Shown here in pieces: positions 18,510 through 28,387 of a stretch of DNA of 64,000 nt (position 1 is its first letter; each line of letters starts with the position of its first letter). The DNA comes from Candidatus Omnitrophica bacterium UBA6233. Its GTDB lineage: Bacteria > Omnitrophota > Gorgyraeia > Gygaellales > Profunditerraquicolaceae. The translations under genes were made by a program, and so were the position numbers. The stretch lies in NCBI GenBank assembly GCA_002440965.1, contig DJWJ01000031.1, forward strand, positions 6,348-70,347, given 5' to 3'. A model generated the notes under the pieces. The model searched no databases. It was not told the DNA's origin and saw only the letters and a program-made list of their open reading frames with translations.

Positions 18510-18692
18510 ATGCAAAACAAGAAGCCGAAATTTAGCTCGAATCTGGAATTATTAAAAGCCCTATTTTTACTCATAAAGCTAAATAAAAAATGGTGGCTTT
18601 TACCTCTCTTGGCAATCTTAGCTTTCTTAGGTTTGTTCATATCCTTAACCGGGAATCAGTCAGTTTTACCTGCCATATATGCTTTATTCTAA
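18510..18692 (+). CDS. DUF5989 (SxtK-like) membrane miniprotein, second paralog
   Basis: ...NKKWWLLPLLAILAFLGLF... Paralog of 17471-17629. Confidence 0.5.
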   Translation: MQNKKPKFSSNLELLKALFLLIKLNKKWWLLPLLAILAFLGLFISLTGNQSVLPAIYALF

Positions 18693-18780
18693 ACAGAAAG
18701 AGCTCCTTCTGTTTTTACTATTTTTTATACCGGCAAGAGGGATAATTTTTGTCCCTCCTCATAGTAAATTAATTCAATAA

Positions 18781-18945
18781 ATGAAGTTTGCCTTCGTTTT
18801 TCTTATTTGTCTCTTAGGCATGATGCTGCCATGGAGGCTTAGGGTTATTTATTGCGATATCCTTGGTTGGATATTGCAAGGTGTTTATATGGCATATTTT
18901 TTCATTCTTAAGACCATTATAAGTTCCCTTAAGAAAAATAAATGA
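18781..18945 (+). CDS. 54-aa hydrophobic miniprotein, ATGA-coupled to downstream gene (tentative)
   Basis: MKFAFVFLICLLGMMLPW... Stop TGA at 18943-18945 overlaps the ATG at 18942 of the PP-loop gene. Confidence 0.25.
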   Translation: MKFAFVFLICLLGMMLPWRLRVIYCDILGWILQGVYMAYFFILKTIISSLKKNK

Positions 18946-19781
18946 AGAATACAGAAGAGATAGCTGTTTTATATTCAGGCGGGACAGATTCGACGTGTGC
19001 TGCCGCTTTGGTGGCAGAAAAATTCCAGAAAGTACATTTATTGACTTATAAGCGTTTTGGAATATCTTCGGCAGAGCATTCAGTGCTCAATGCTCAGAAA
19101 TTGAAGGAGAAGTTCGGCCAAGAAAAGTTTATCCATTCTATTCTGGATGTGGATAGACTATGCAAGAATATCTCTTATTCCAGGTATCTTTACTATGCAA
19201 AAAAATACGGGTTTTTCCTTCTTACCTGTGGTCCCTGCAAACTTACTTTACATTTACGTAGTTTGATTTATTGTTTGGATCAGGATATCGGATATGCCTG
19301 TGATGGAGCGAACAAAAATATGCTTGGTATTTTTCCGGATCAGATGGAAGAGGTGATCGATGAGTTAAGAAATCTTTACCTTTCTTACGGAGTTAAGTAT
19401 GTTACTCCGGTTTTTGATTTTGATTATCCCAATAACATTGAATGGGCCGATAAACTTGGGTTTAAAGAGTTGTTCGGAGAGGATATTTCCGGGGCCGAAA
19501 CCCCTGGAGTGACTACAGGTAAAGCGTTATACCAAATGAATATTTTGCCCTCCGAAAATATCAAAGGCACTAAATTCGACCGGAAAATGCAGATTAGGTG
19601 TTTCCAGTTCACGTTATTTCATATCTTTGCAAACGGATATTATATTCCCATATACGGATTGGATAAATATAGAAAAGCCTTTATGGATTTTTATAAAGAG
19701 AAAATTTTAGACTACAGAATAATGATCGATGAGTATTTGAATAAGGGCGATAAAAGCCGCCTTCATTATTTGCTTCATTAG
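18942..19781 (+). CDS. PP-loop superfamily ATP pyrophosphatase (N-type), possibly N-acetyl-sugar amidotransferase/QueC-like
   Basis: AVLYSGGTDSTCAA is an SGGxDS PP-loop. CGPC motif. 279 aa. Confidence 0.55.
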   Translation: MKNTEEIAVLYSGGTDSTCAAALVAEKFQKVHLLTYKRFGISSAEHSVLNAQKLKEKFGQEKFIHSILDVDRLCKNISYSRYLYYAKKYGFFLLTCGPCKLTLHLRSLIYCLDQDIGYACDGANKNMLGIFPDQMEEVIDELRNLYLSYGVKYVTPVFDFDYPNNIEWADKLGFKELFGEDISGAETPGVTTGKALYQMNILPSENIKGTKFDRKMQIRCFQFTLFHIFANGYYIPIYGLDKYRKAFMDFYKEKILDYRIMIDEYLNKGDKSRLHYLLH

Positions 19782-19789
19782 AGGCTATT

Positions 19790-21211
19790 ATGAGAATCGC
19801 CTTAGTTTTTCCAAAATATACCCATAAAGATTTCTCTGAAAATCTGAAGATTGTAAACGAAGAATTTTGTTTTGCGCCGCCAATTATATTGGCGTATGTA
19901 GCTGCTATTCTGGAAAAATATGGGCATGAGGTTATCCTGTTAGATGCAAGAGCGCTGAATCTTTCCAAGGAAGAATTGTTGCTTAAGCTAAAAACTTTTA
20001 AACCAGATCTTCTCGGTTTTAGGGCAGAAAGTTATCATTTTCATGATGCATTAGAATGCATTACTTACTTAAAACATAAACTGAATATACCTGTTTTTAC
20101 GGGAGGGCCAAACCTGTCTTTTTATATCAGAGAGACAATGGCCTACAAAGAGATAGACTATGGGATTATTGGAGAGGGAATTGAGTCTTTGCCGAAATTA
20201 ACTGAGGCGTTGCAAAATAATAAGGATTTAAGCGGAATAGAAGGGATAGCCTATAAGCAAGATAATGAAATCAGGATAACTCCTGTTGCTTTAAAGCCGG
20301 TAGATTTTGATAGTTTTCCTTTTCCTGCGCGGCATTTGCTTTCCAACGAGAAATACTATTCTTTTCCTTCCCAGAGGAAAAATTTTACTATAATGGTAAC
20401 CGCTAAGGGATGCCCTTATAAATGCAGTTTCTGCGCGATAAATTGCCTTCCGTATTCTGAAAGATCGGCCGGCAGGGTCGTGGATGAAATCGAAGAATGT
20501 GCCGGGAAATACAGGATTAGAGAGATAGATATATTCGACGCGACTTTTTTTTACAATCGTAAGCGGGATTTGGAGATTCTTAGCCAAATAATCAAAAGGA
20601 AGATACCGGTAGAATGGTCCTGTAGGACTAGGGTGGATTTGGTTGATGATGAGTTACTTGGTATGGCCTATCAGGCCGGGTGCCGCAGAATATATTATGG
20701 AATCGAATCGGCCAGCCAGGAGATCCTAAAGTCGATCAATAAAGGAATCACCCTGGCAAAGATTAGGGAGGCTATTGCCCTGACCCATAAGCATAAGATC
20801 AGGACCTTGGGTTTTTTTATGTTCGGCGGCCCCGGAGAGACGAGGGAGACGATAAAAAAGACGATTGAATTCAGTAAGGAACTTAAGCTGGATTTCATCC
20901 AGATTTGTAAAACAATCGCCAAACCTGGTTCGGATCTAAACGAATTATTAAAAAAGAAAACAAACAAGGATTATTGGAGCGAATATATATCCGGCAGAAA
21001 CGGAAAATCGTGCGCTCCGTTTCCTGCGCCCTGGACCGGTTTGACCAATGAAGAGTTATTCGCTTGCGTGAAAAAAGGGTATATGAGTTTTTATCTCAGG
21101 CCTTCCCAGATACTCAGGATTATCTTTGAAACAAAGTCGCTGGATGAGTTATTCCGGTATATAATAGTTGGAACAAGGATGGTTTTGTCTTATCTTAAAA
21201 GAAGTTCCTGA
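19790..21211 (+). CDS. B12-binding (class B) radical SAM enzyme
   Basis: N-terminal Rossmann-like B12-binding domain (MRIALVFP...). GCPYKCSFCA is a CxxxCxxC motif. 473 aa. Confidence 0.75.
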   Translation: MRIALVFPKYTHKDFSENLKIVNEEFCFAPPIILAYVAAILEKYGHEVILLDARALNLSKEELLLKLKTFKPDLLGFRAESYHFHDALECITYLKHKLNIPVFTGGPNLSFYIRETMAYKEIDYGIIGEGIESLPKLTEALQNNKDLSGIEGIAYKQDNEIRITPVALKPVDFDSFPFPARHLLSNEKYYSFPSQRKNFTIMVTAKGCPYKCSFCAINCLPYSERSAGRVVDEIEECAGKYRIREIDIFDATFFYNRKRDLEILSQIIKRKIPVEWSCRTRVDLVDDELLGMAYQAGCRRIYYGIESASQEILKSINKGITLAKIREAIALTHKHKIRTLGFFMFGGPGETRETIKKTIEFSKELKLDFIQICKTIAKPGSDLNELLKKKTNKDYWSEYISGRNGKSCAPFPAPWTGLTNEELFACVKKGYMSFYLRPSQILRIIFETKSLDELFRYIIVGTRMVLSYLKRSS

Positions 21212-21253
21212 TTTATGGCGGATTTTGGTTTTTAGGATGGAGGATAAGAAGAA

Positions 21254-23206
21254 ATGGCGGATAATTCTATTAAACATAAAAAGATAGGCATAATCCTGGC
21301 CGTTATTTTAGTTCTTCTTTTTGCCTCATTATTCTATTATCCGGTAATAAAGGATCTCGGGAACACGGTCATCAGTGAGGATGATTGGTTCGGGGAATAT
21401 TTCTACGCCGGTTTGACACGGAAATCGATTGTCGAGTATTTTCAACTGCCCCTGAATACCCCTTATTTGAGCGGCGGATATCCTTATATATCCCATCCGT
21501 GGGATTATACCTTTAATCCATTTTTATTATTTATATTGCCCTTCGGGGAAGTATCAGGCTTAAGGATTGCAGTTTTTTTGACTTTCCTTCTGGGCGCGTT
21601 AGGTATGTTTTACCTAACAAAAAGTGTATTGAAATTTAATTTATTAGGAGCGGTTTTTTCCAGCCTTACTTTCATATTCTGCAATTGGGGTGCTTATGAA
21701 GTTGTAGATGGGAATATCCATCAGTACATATATTATTATTTTCTTCCTTGGCTGCTCGCTTTCTTTAAGAAATCGGCGGATGACAGGAATTGTCTTTTAT
21801 TTTCTTGCCTGATTTTATCATTTTACATAATGAATAGCGGGTTATCATTGATCGTTGTTCTGTTATTCTTGTTTATGAGTGCTTCTTTGGATTCTATAAG
21901 TATAAGTAGCAAGCCAAAAATTAAAATTAATCCTTTAATTCCGGTCGTTCTCTTGATTGTCTTAGGTTTAAGTATCTTATTGTCCGCCGTGAAAATAATA
22001 CCTATGTATAATCTATATTCATTGAGAGCAGAATGCATCCATTTGCCATATGAAGATATATATTCCAAGGTTTCTGCCGCTACAGATGCTTTTCATGCAT
22101 CTTTGAATATGGATCGGCTCTGGAGGGGGTTATTTACTGGTTACTTAGGTTATTCTTCAATGCATCTTGGTTATTTGCCCGTTATTATTGCCTTTTTTTC
22201 AATCCTCCTTTATTTTAAGGAAAACCTGCGTTACTTGATATTGTTAGTCGTATTTACTTTAATCGCTTTTGGGAAAAATAGTCCGATTGATATTTTTAAG
22301 ATTATTTGGCATATTCACCCCGTGGTCCATGGTATTTGGAGACTGGATAAATATTTCTGTTTCTTTATACCGTTTTTTATCTCCATTATTGCAGGAAGAT
22401 TCTTTCTTATAGTTGAAAAGCGTCGCAAGCTCTACCTCTTCGCTATTTTGCTGGCCATAATCAGCGTAGGCAATATTTATATTCAAAATCAGGCGGTATT
22501 CAAAAAGATGGTATATGAATATAAGCCTAAATTAAAAATATATAGTGATTTCTTTCAGGTAAAAATAGAGGACGCACTTGTCAGGCGTGAGCGTCCGGGT
22601 TTCTTCGATATACACGATTTGCGTGATTATCAGCCATTTTGGCTGCTTTTGGGGCAGAATCTGGGCGTAACAGATTTTAATTGGAACGGCAACTTGAGGC
22701 TTAAGGAGAACGCTATCCCTAGATACTTTTTGCCTTTAGGCGAGAAAATGGGAAGGGAGAAAACGTTTTTCGTAAAGGGATATGAATGTTTACCGAAGGG
22801 TCGCTTTTCACTGGTTGATTTGGTAAGTAAAGGCGAGAGTAACCCTAAATATAAGGGGGAATTTTTCTTTTTGGATAAAACCAATGAAGCGTCCCAAATT
22901 TACTTTAGTCCTAATATTATGGAGTTTAGCGTTGAGCTCAAGAATCCCGATACATTGGTAATTAATCAAAACTACAACAGTAATTGGAGGACGGATACAG
23001 GGATTCTCCAGGAGTACGGTGGCCTCTTAGCGGTTAAGTTCAGTGAAGCGGGAAAATACAGGATTAGACTGAGGTATATCCCGAAGGATTTCTATTTAGG
23101 CCTTCTTATAAGCTTGTTTACCGTAGCGGTATTCATTGTGTTTTGGATAAAAAATAATACCCGGGATAAATCTGTCGGGGGGCGTGTATTGGGGAGTCGG
23201 AGATGA
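21254..23206 (+). CDS. Large polytopic membrane protein (possible GT-C/YfhO-like)
   Basis: About 12 or more TM segments with a C-terminal soluble domain. 650 aa. No definitive motif. Confidence 0.45.
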   Translation: MADNSIKHKKIGIILAVILVLLFASLFYYPVIKDLGNTVISEDDWFGEYFYAGLTRKSIVEYFQLPLNTPYLSGGYPYISHPWDYTFNPFLLFILPFGEVSGLRIAVFLTFLLGALGMFYLTKSVLKFNLLGAVFSSLTFIFCNWGAYEVVDGNIHQYIYYYFLPWLLAFFKKSADDRNCLLFSCLILSFYIMNSGLSLIVVLLFLFMSASLDSISISSKPKIKINPLIPVVLLIVLGLSILLSAVKIIPMYNLYSLRAECIHLPYEDIYSKVSAATDAFHASLNMDRLWRGLFTGYLGYSSMHLGYLPVIIAFFSILLYFKENLRYLILLVVFTLIAFGKNSPIDIFKIIWHIHPVVHGIWRLDKYFCFFIPFFISIIAGRFFLIVEKRRKLYLFAILLAIISVGNIYIQNQAVFKKMVYEYKPKLKIYSDFFQVKIEDALVRRERPGFFDIHDLRDYQPFWLLLGQNLGVTDFNWNGNLRLKENAIPRYFLPLGEKMGREKTFFVKGYECLPKGRFSLVDLVSKGESNPKYKGEFFFLDKTNEASQIYFSPNIMEFSVELKNPDTLVINQNYNSNWRTDTGILQEYGGLLAVKFSEAGKYRIRLRYIPKDFYLGLLISLFTVAVFIVFWIKNNTRDKSVGGRVLGSRR

Positions 23207-24198
23207 AATTACAGGATAAACTTGAATCTTTAGTTTCAATGTTAAAAGCAAGATTCTTAGGTAAGCGGATTCCTCTTGCCGTGCGCCTGCAGGTGACGAA
23301 TCGTTGTACCTTGCAATGTAAATATTGCAACCTTTGGAATTCCGAGAAAAGCGAGCTTGGAACCGGAGATATCCTTAGGTTAATAAAAGAGCTTGCATCT
23401 CTGGGGACCAAGAGGATTTCGATCAGCGGAGGTGAGCCGTTACTAAGAGCCGATATCGCCGAGATTATCGATTGTTGTTGGAAAAACGGGATTTATCCCG
23501 AGATGAACTCCAACGGTTCGGTAGTCCCGGAGAAAATCGGGGTCGTCAAAAAGATCGATTTCCTTAAACTCAGCCTTGATGGTCCTGAAGAAATCCATGA
23601 TTATGTCAGAGGGGCTGGTTCCTACAGGAGGGTAATAGAGGCCGCAGAGGCTGCATTTAAGAACAAGGTCAATTTTGGTTTCGCTTGTACATTAACGAGA
23701 TTCAATGTTAATTCTTTGGATCATATTCTAGCCTTGTCAGAGAAATACGGAGCTATCGCTGCCTTTCAGCCTTTAAAGCAAATCTATCGTGGAATAAAAG
23801 ACATCACAGATATTGCTCCATCGCCAGAAGAGTTCCGTTCGGCTATAGCCAGTTTGATTGTTAAAAAAAAGTCAGGTAATAGATATATTCGTAATTCTTT
23901 GGCGGGACTAAAACATATATGCAGCTGGCCCCACTATGCAAAATTGAAATGTTGGGCCGGACGTATCTTTTGTATCATCGATACTGATGGAACATTATAT
24001 CCCTGCGATAGGATAGATTATCACATGGAATTACCCAATTGTATCTCCTTGGGTATCGGGAATGCCTTAAGTCTGCTTCCTTATGTCCGCTGCGGCGGTT
24101 GCGGATTTTGCGGAGCTCTAGAATTGAATTATCTTATGCAGCTTAAGCTCAATGGCATGCCGTCGATTAGAAAAATAATAAATTTCAGGAAAAGATAA
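23203..24198 (+). CDS. Radical SAM/SPASM-domain protein (paralog 1 of 5)
   Basis: VTNRCTLQCKYCN (CxxxCxxC), GGEPLL. C-terminal Cys-rich SPASM region (CWAGR...DGTLYPCD...CGGCGFCG). Confidence 0.75.
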   Translation: MKLQDKLESLVSMLKARFLGKRIPLAVRLQVTNRCTLQCKYCNLWNSEKSELGTGDILRLIKELASLGTKRISISGGEPLLRADIAEIIDCCWKNGIYPEMNSNGSVVPEKIGVVKKIDFLKLSLDGPEEIHDYVRGAGSYRRVIEAAEAAFKNKVNFGFACTLTRFNVNSLDHILALSEKYGAIAAFQPLKQIYRGIKDITDIAPSPEEFRSAIASLIVKKKSGNRYIRNSLAGLKHICSWPHYAKLKCWAGRIFCIIDTDGTLYPCDRIDYHMELPNCISLGIGNALSLLPYVRCGGCGFCGALELNYLMQLKLNGMPSIRKIINFRKR

Positions 24199-26099
24199 TG
24201 AGCGGATTCGTCGGATGTTTAAATTTTGAGGGTAGAGGAGTTGACAAAGAGACTCTGCAGGTGATGTTGAAAACTATCTCACACAGGGGCTCCGGGGAAG
24301 GGGGATTTTTCGGAGATAAGAATTTTTCCGTCGCTTATATCGGCCCAGGGTTCTCCGGTCCCGGCGCTAAAAATGACCAATCCGCTATAGGTAGTTCCGA
24401 AAGAATTACAGTGGTTTGTGACGCAGAGATATATAATTGGCGGGAGCTTAAGGATATACTGGAAGCCGATGGATTCGTTTTTGAGACGGGTTCTGATTCC
24501 GAAGTCATCCGGAATAGCTATATCCGTTGGGGACCGGGTTGTTTTAATAAATTTAACGGCATATTTGCGTTATGCATATTTGATAAGTATGCAAATGAGC
24601 TAATATTAGCCAGAGACCATCTCGGGATAAAGCCTATATATTTTTACCAATCGGGCGACGTCCTGATATTTGCCTCTGAAATAAAGGCCTTGCTTGCCGG
24701 CGGGTTTGTCCCCAGAAAGATAGATTATCAGGCCTTGAATGACTATTTTTCCTTCGGTTTTTCGGTTATTCCTAAAACGCTTGTCCGGGGAGTTGAAAGG
24801 CTGTCTCCCGGCTCGTATCTAAGCTGCGGCAGGCATGGTTTTAGAAAGGTCCAATATTGGGATGCGATTCCCGCAAGAAGCAAGAAAAAAGCGATCCGTT
24901 ATTACGAGGAAGAATTTTCTTATCTTCTGGAGGATTCCATAAAATTAAGATTAAAGGGGGATGGGGTTAAAGGTATCTTGTTAAGCGGAGGGATTGATTC
25001 GTCTGCTTTGACATATTTCATTACCAGGGATATCCCTGGGATCCTTACGTTTTCAATTGGATTTAAAGAGAAAGAGCGCGTTTTTGACGAAAACAGGAAT
25101 TATGCTTCTTTGGTTGCCGAGAAGTTTTCCACGCGGCATAAAGATATGTTCCTTGAGGCAGAGAGGACCGATATAAATCAGCTTAGAGAAATAACTAGAT
25201 TCAATGATGATTTATCCGGTTATCCGTGTATGGTTGCCGAATTCTTTCTCTCGCGTTTTGCCGGAGATAAGGTTGAGATTGTTTATGACGGGACCGGGGT
25301 AGAACAGATTTTAGGAGGTTTGGATACCGATAAGGCCGATAAAGCCTTGTATTTCTACAAGGCGTTTCCATCCTGGTTCAGGAATTTTCTGGCCGAAAGT
25401 ATCTCTAAGAGGATTCCGGTGCGCGACAGGACTCCGGAAGATCTGTTTTTCAGGCTGAAGAAATTTCTCTACGGCTCAAAGTTCCCTCCCGAGGTTGCCC
25501 ATTTTAAATGGAGAGAGATATTTTCCGAGCAGGATAAGATTGGACTTATCCATCCTGCTTTGCTGGAGATGATGAATTCAAGGTCTCCTTCAAGCGTGTA
25601 TGAATATTATTATCGGAATGCCGGGGATGTTGCCTTGTTCGAGAAATTTTTATACGCCGACCAGAAGATAATATTGGAGACTCTACTTAAGAGATTGGAC
25701 GGGGTCTATTCGGCATCCGGCCTCTCGGCGAGATTTCCGTATTTGGACTACAGATTTGTCGAGCTATGTGCCGGGTTGCCTACGGAGTTGAAGATAAACG
25801 GCCTGACAAACAAATATATGCTCAGGAGGGCTATGAGAGGGAAGCTGCCTGCGTGGGTAATTAACCGGAAGAAACGGGGTTTGACTTTGCCTCTTAATCT
25901 TTGGATAAAGGGTAGTTGGCGTAAGATGATAAACGATATCCTGTTTTCTTCGTCTTTAACCGGGACATATTTTAGTCGCAGCTATATCGAGAAGATGATT
26001 CGGGAGCATAACGATAATAGAGAAGATCACAGCTGGAAAATCTTTAGTTTGATCTCTTTTTATCTGTGGGCGGAGATATATGATATAGATACAAAATAG
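24198..26099 (+). CDS. Asparagine synthetase (AsnB)-family amidotransferase homolog lacking the N-terminal Cys
   Basis: N-terminal MSGFVGC has Ser where the Ntn Cys2 should be. PP-loop LLSGGIDSSAL in the synthetase domain. 633 aa. Confidence 0.8.
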   Translation: MSGFVGCLNFEGRGVDKETLQVMLKTISHRGSGEGGFFGDKNFSVAYIGPGFSGPGAKNDQSAIGSSERITVVCDAEIYNWRELKDILEADGFVFETGSDSEVIRNSYIRWGPGCFNKFNGIFALCIFDKYANELILARDHLGIKPIYFYQSGDVLIFASEIKALLAGGFVPRKIDYQALNDYFSFGFSVIPKTLVRGVERLSPGSYLSCGRHGFRKVQYWDAIPARSKKKAIRYYEEEFSYLLEDSIKLRLKGDGVKGILLSGGIDSSALTYFITRDIPGILTFSIGFKEKERVFDENRNYASLVAEKFSTRHKDMFLEAERTDINQLREITRFNDDLSGYPCMVAEFFLSRFAGDKVEIVYDGTGVEQILGGLDTDKADKALYFYKAFPSWFRNFLAESISKRIPVRDRTPEDLFFRLKKFLYGSKFPPEVAHFKWREIFSEQDKIGLIHPALLEMMNSRSPSSVYEYYYRNAGDVALFEKFLYADQKIILETLLKRLDGVYSASGLSARFPYLDYRFVELCAGLPTELKINGLTNKYMLRRAMRGKLPAWVINRKKRGLTLPLNLWIKGSWRKMINDILFSSSLTGTYFSRSYIEKMIREHNDNREDHSWKIFSLISFYLWAEIYDIDTK

Positions 26100-26158
26100 G
26101 TTATTGAGCCGCTGGAAAAATACTTTTGCAGATTCGGACTTAAAGAGAAAGGCAGGGA

Positions 26159-27385
26159 ATGATGAAATCCGCAGGAATAATCAAGAAATGCTTTTCGGTC
26201 GTATTGGGCATACTGGTAATTTTACTTATACTTGAAATGATTTTGAGGGTTTCCGGTTGTCTTTATTTCTTTCTTCGCCGGGACCGGCAGATGATAGAAA
26301 GATTGAATGATGGAAAAAGCAAGTATGCGATCTTATGTTTGGGTGAGTCATTCACATACGGGGGCGAGCTTGACCCTAAATATTCATACCCCCGTCAATT
26401 GCAGGATATCTTCGATAAGCGTAATCCCGGCGCAAATGTTCTAGTCGTAAACGGGGGTATCTGCGAATATAATTCTTCCCAGGTCCTCGAAAATTTACTT
26501 AGGAATATCCGTAAGTATAAGCCTAAGCTGATTGTTTTACTGGTAGGCTCCAGCAATAGGTTTAACTTTATAGGTTTTAGCCAGGATAGTTCTATAATTT
26601 CGGAATCCAGGCAGTTTGTATATCGACTCAGGGTATACAAATTATTCAAGATAGCCGCGCTTAACTTAAGGCAAAAGCTCTTCGAGATGAGGGTAGGCAA
26701 GGAAATAGATAAGATTTCAGGTAAGCTGGAACGTTACGCGTTCCTGGATGCTATCGATCCCGATAAACACATTCTTGAGGATATTGCGGACGAAAACCAT
26801 GACTTGATAGTATGCCTCAGGAGATTGGGTGACGAAAAATCCTTTCTGGAGTTATTTAAGAAATATACCGGAGAACATCAGGATCCTTATCTTTTACAAT
26901 ACCAGGTATCCGAGTTTATGGAAGATATATACGGCGGGACTAACAAGGATTCGAAGACTATTCTTTCTGAGATGCAAAAGAAGCTAAAGGAGGCTCCGGA
27001 TCTGAAGGATAATAAGAATTTCTTCTTTTACTATTATTTATTCTTCAAAAAGATGAAAGACATTTATAGCGATGAGCGCATAGATAATTGGTTAAGAAAC
27101 GATTTAGAAAAAATAGCGGAGATTTGCCGTAAAAACAACATCAAGCTGGTTCTCCAGGAGTATCCATATCCTTATCCTGACGCTAATGCTGTCTTGCGCA
27201 AGATAGCGGAAAAATATTCGTTACCGCTGGTCAGAAACGGCAAGGGTTTCGGAGAGTTAATTATGAAAGAAGGCAAGAAACGTTACTTCCTCGATGACAG
27301 CCACTGCACCGCGGCGGGTTACGGAGTTATGGCCAAGAATGTCTACGAAGTGATTGAGCCGGAGGTATCCGGGAAGAGACATTAA
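26159..27385 (+). CDS. Membrane-anchored SGNH/GDSL-like hydrolase
   Basis: N-terminal TM. LGESFTYG (block I, GDSxT-like). C-terminal DDSHCT (DxxH). 408 aa. Confidence 0.5.
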   Translation: MMKSAGIIKKCFSVVLGILVILLILEMILRVSGCLYFFLRRDRQMIERLNDGKSKYAILCLGESFTYGGELDPKYSYPRQLQDIFDKRNPGANVLVVNGGICEYNSSQVLENLLRNIRKYKPKLIVLLVGSSNRFNFIGFSQDSSIISESRQFVYRLRVYKLFKIAALNLRQKLFEMRVGKEIDKISGKLERYAFLDAIDPDKHILEDIADENHDLIVCLRRLGDEKSFLELFKKYTGEHQDPYLLQYQVSEFMEDIYGGTNKDSKTILSEMQKKLKEAPDLKDNKNFFFYYYLFFKKMKDIYSDERIDNWLRNDLEKIAEICRKNNIKLVLQEYPYPYPDANAVLRKIAEKYSLPLVRNGKGFGELIMKEGKKRYFLDDSHCTAAGYGVMAKNVYEVIEPEVSGKRH

Positions 27386-27399
27386 TTATTTATAATACT

Positions 27400-28377
27400 A
27401 TGAACATAGCCGACAAGTTAAATTTAGCATCCGCGTTTATAAACGCAAGATTCTTCGGAGCCAGGAGGCCAGCTATAGTGAATTGGGCTCTTACTTATAG
27501 ATGCAACCGTTCCTGCAGGTATTGCGGCGTTTCCGATAACAAAACAGTTGAATTAAGCACCCGGGAAGCGATTTCCGCGATAGATGAAATGTGCGATTGC
27601 GGCACTAGAAAAATACATTTTACTGGGGGAGAGCCTTTGGTAAGAGAAGATTTTCTTCAGCTGCTTGGTTATTGCCGAAAGAAAGGGATAAGTATAAGCG
27701 TAAACTCAAATGGCGCCCTGGTTCGGCAGGGAATAAAGAGTCTTAGAGGGATAGACGGGTTATCTTTAAGTTTAGACGGTCCCCAAGAGATACACGATGC
27801 TGTCAGGGGAGAGGGATCATACTATGAGGTTATGGATGCGGTAAAATACGCTAAGGAAAACAATATAAAGGTTCGGTTTACAACAGTATTATCAAAATTA
27901 AATCTATCAAGTATCGGTTTTGTTTTAAGGAAAGCCGAAGAGCTGAATACGGCAGTGATCTTTCAGCCGGCACAGAAATTCCTTTTAGAAACCAAGAAAA
28001 TCAATCCTATAGCAGCTTCTATTGTGGAGTATAGAAATGTGATTGCTAAATTAATAGAAAAGAAGCGTAAGAACAGGTTTATAGGTAATTCGTTGTCTGG
28101 TTTGCATCATTTATACCACTGGCCTTCTTTAATAAGAATTTCTTGTGTAAATGCTTTGGTTATTTGCCGGATCGAGCCGAGCGGGGAAATTTACGGTTGC
28201 GCTGATTTTAAGGGTAGGCCATCCGGGATTAAAATACAGGAAGCAGGATTCAGGAAGGCATTCTATAGCCTTGTGCCGTTAACTTGTAATGAATGTTGGT
28301 GCGCTTCTTATACGGAGCTGAATTGTTTGTTTTCAGGGAAACCGGATTCCATCCTTAACCTGAAAAAGTTGATTTAA
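27400..28377 (+). CDS. Radical SAM/SPASM-domain protein (paralog 2)
   Basis: LTYRCNRSCRYCG, GGEPLV, C-terminal SPASM Cys cluster. Alignable with 23203-24198. Confidence 0.75.
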   Translation: MNIADKLNLASAFINARFFGARRPAIVNWALTYRCNRSCRYCGVSDNKTVELSTREAISAIDEMCDCGTRKIHFTGGEPLVREDFLQLLGYCRKKGISISVNSNGALVRQGIKSLRGIDGLSLSLDGPQEIHDAVRGEGSYYEVMDAVKYAKENNIKVRFTTVLSKLNLSSIGFVLRKAEELNTAVIFQPAQKFLLETKKINPIAASIVEYRNVIAKLIEKKRKNRFIGNSLSGLHHLYHWPSLIRISCVNALVICRIEPSGEIYGCADFKGRPSGIKIQEAGFRKAFYSLVPLTCNECWCASYTELNCLFSGKPDSILNLKKLI

Positions 28378-28387
28378 AACATTATTT

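Noticed and set aside
21823-22884. Minus-strand ORFs inside the 650-aa membrane protein gene
   Set aside because: Antisense within a long TM-rich ORF, with hydrophobic mirror-image translations.
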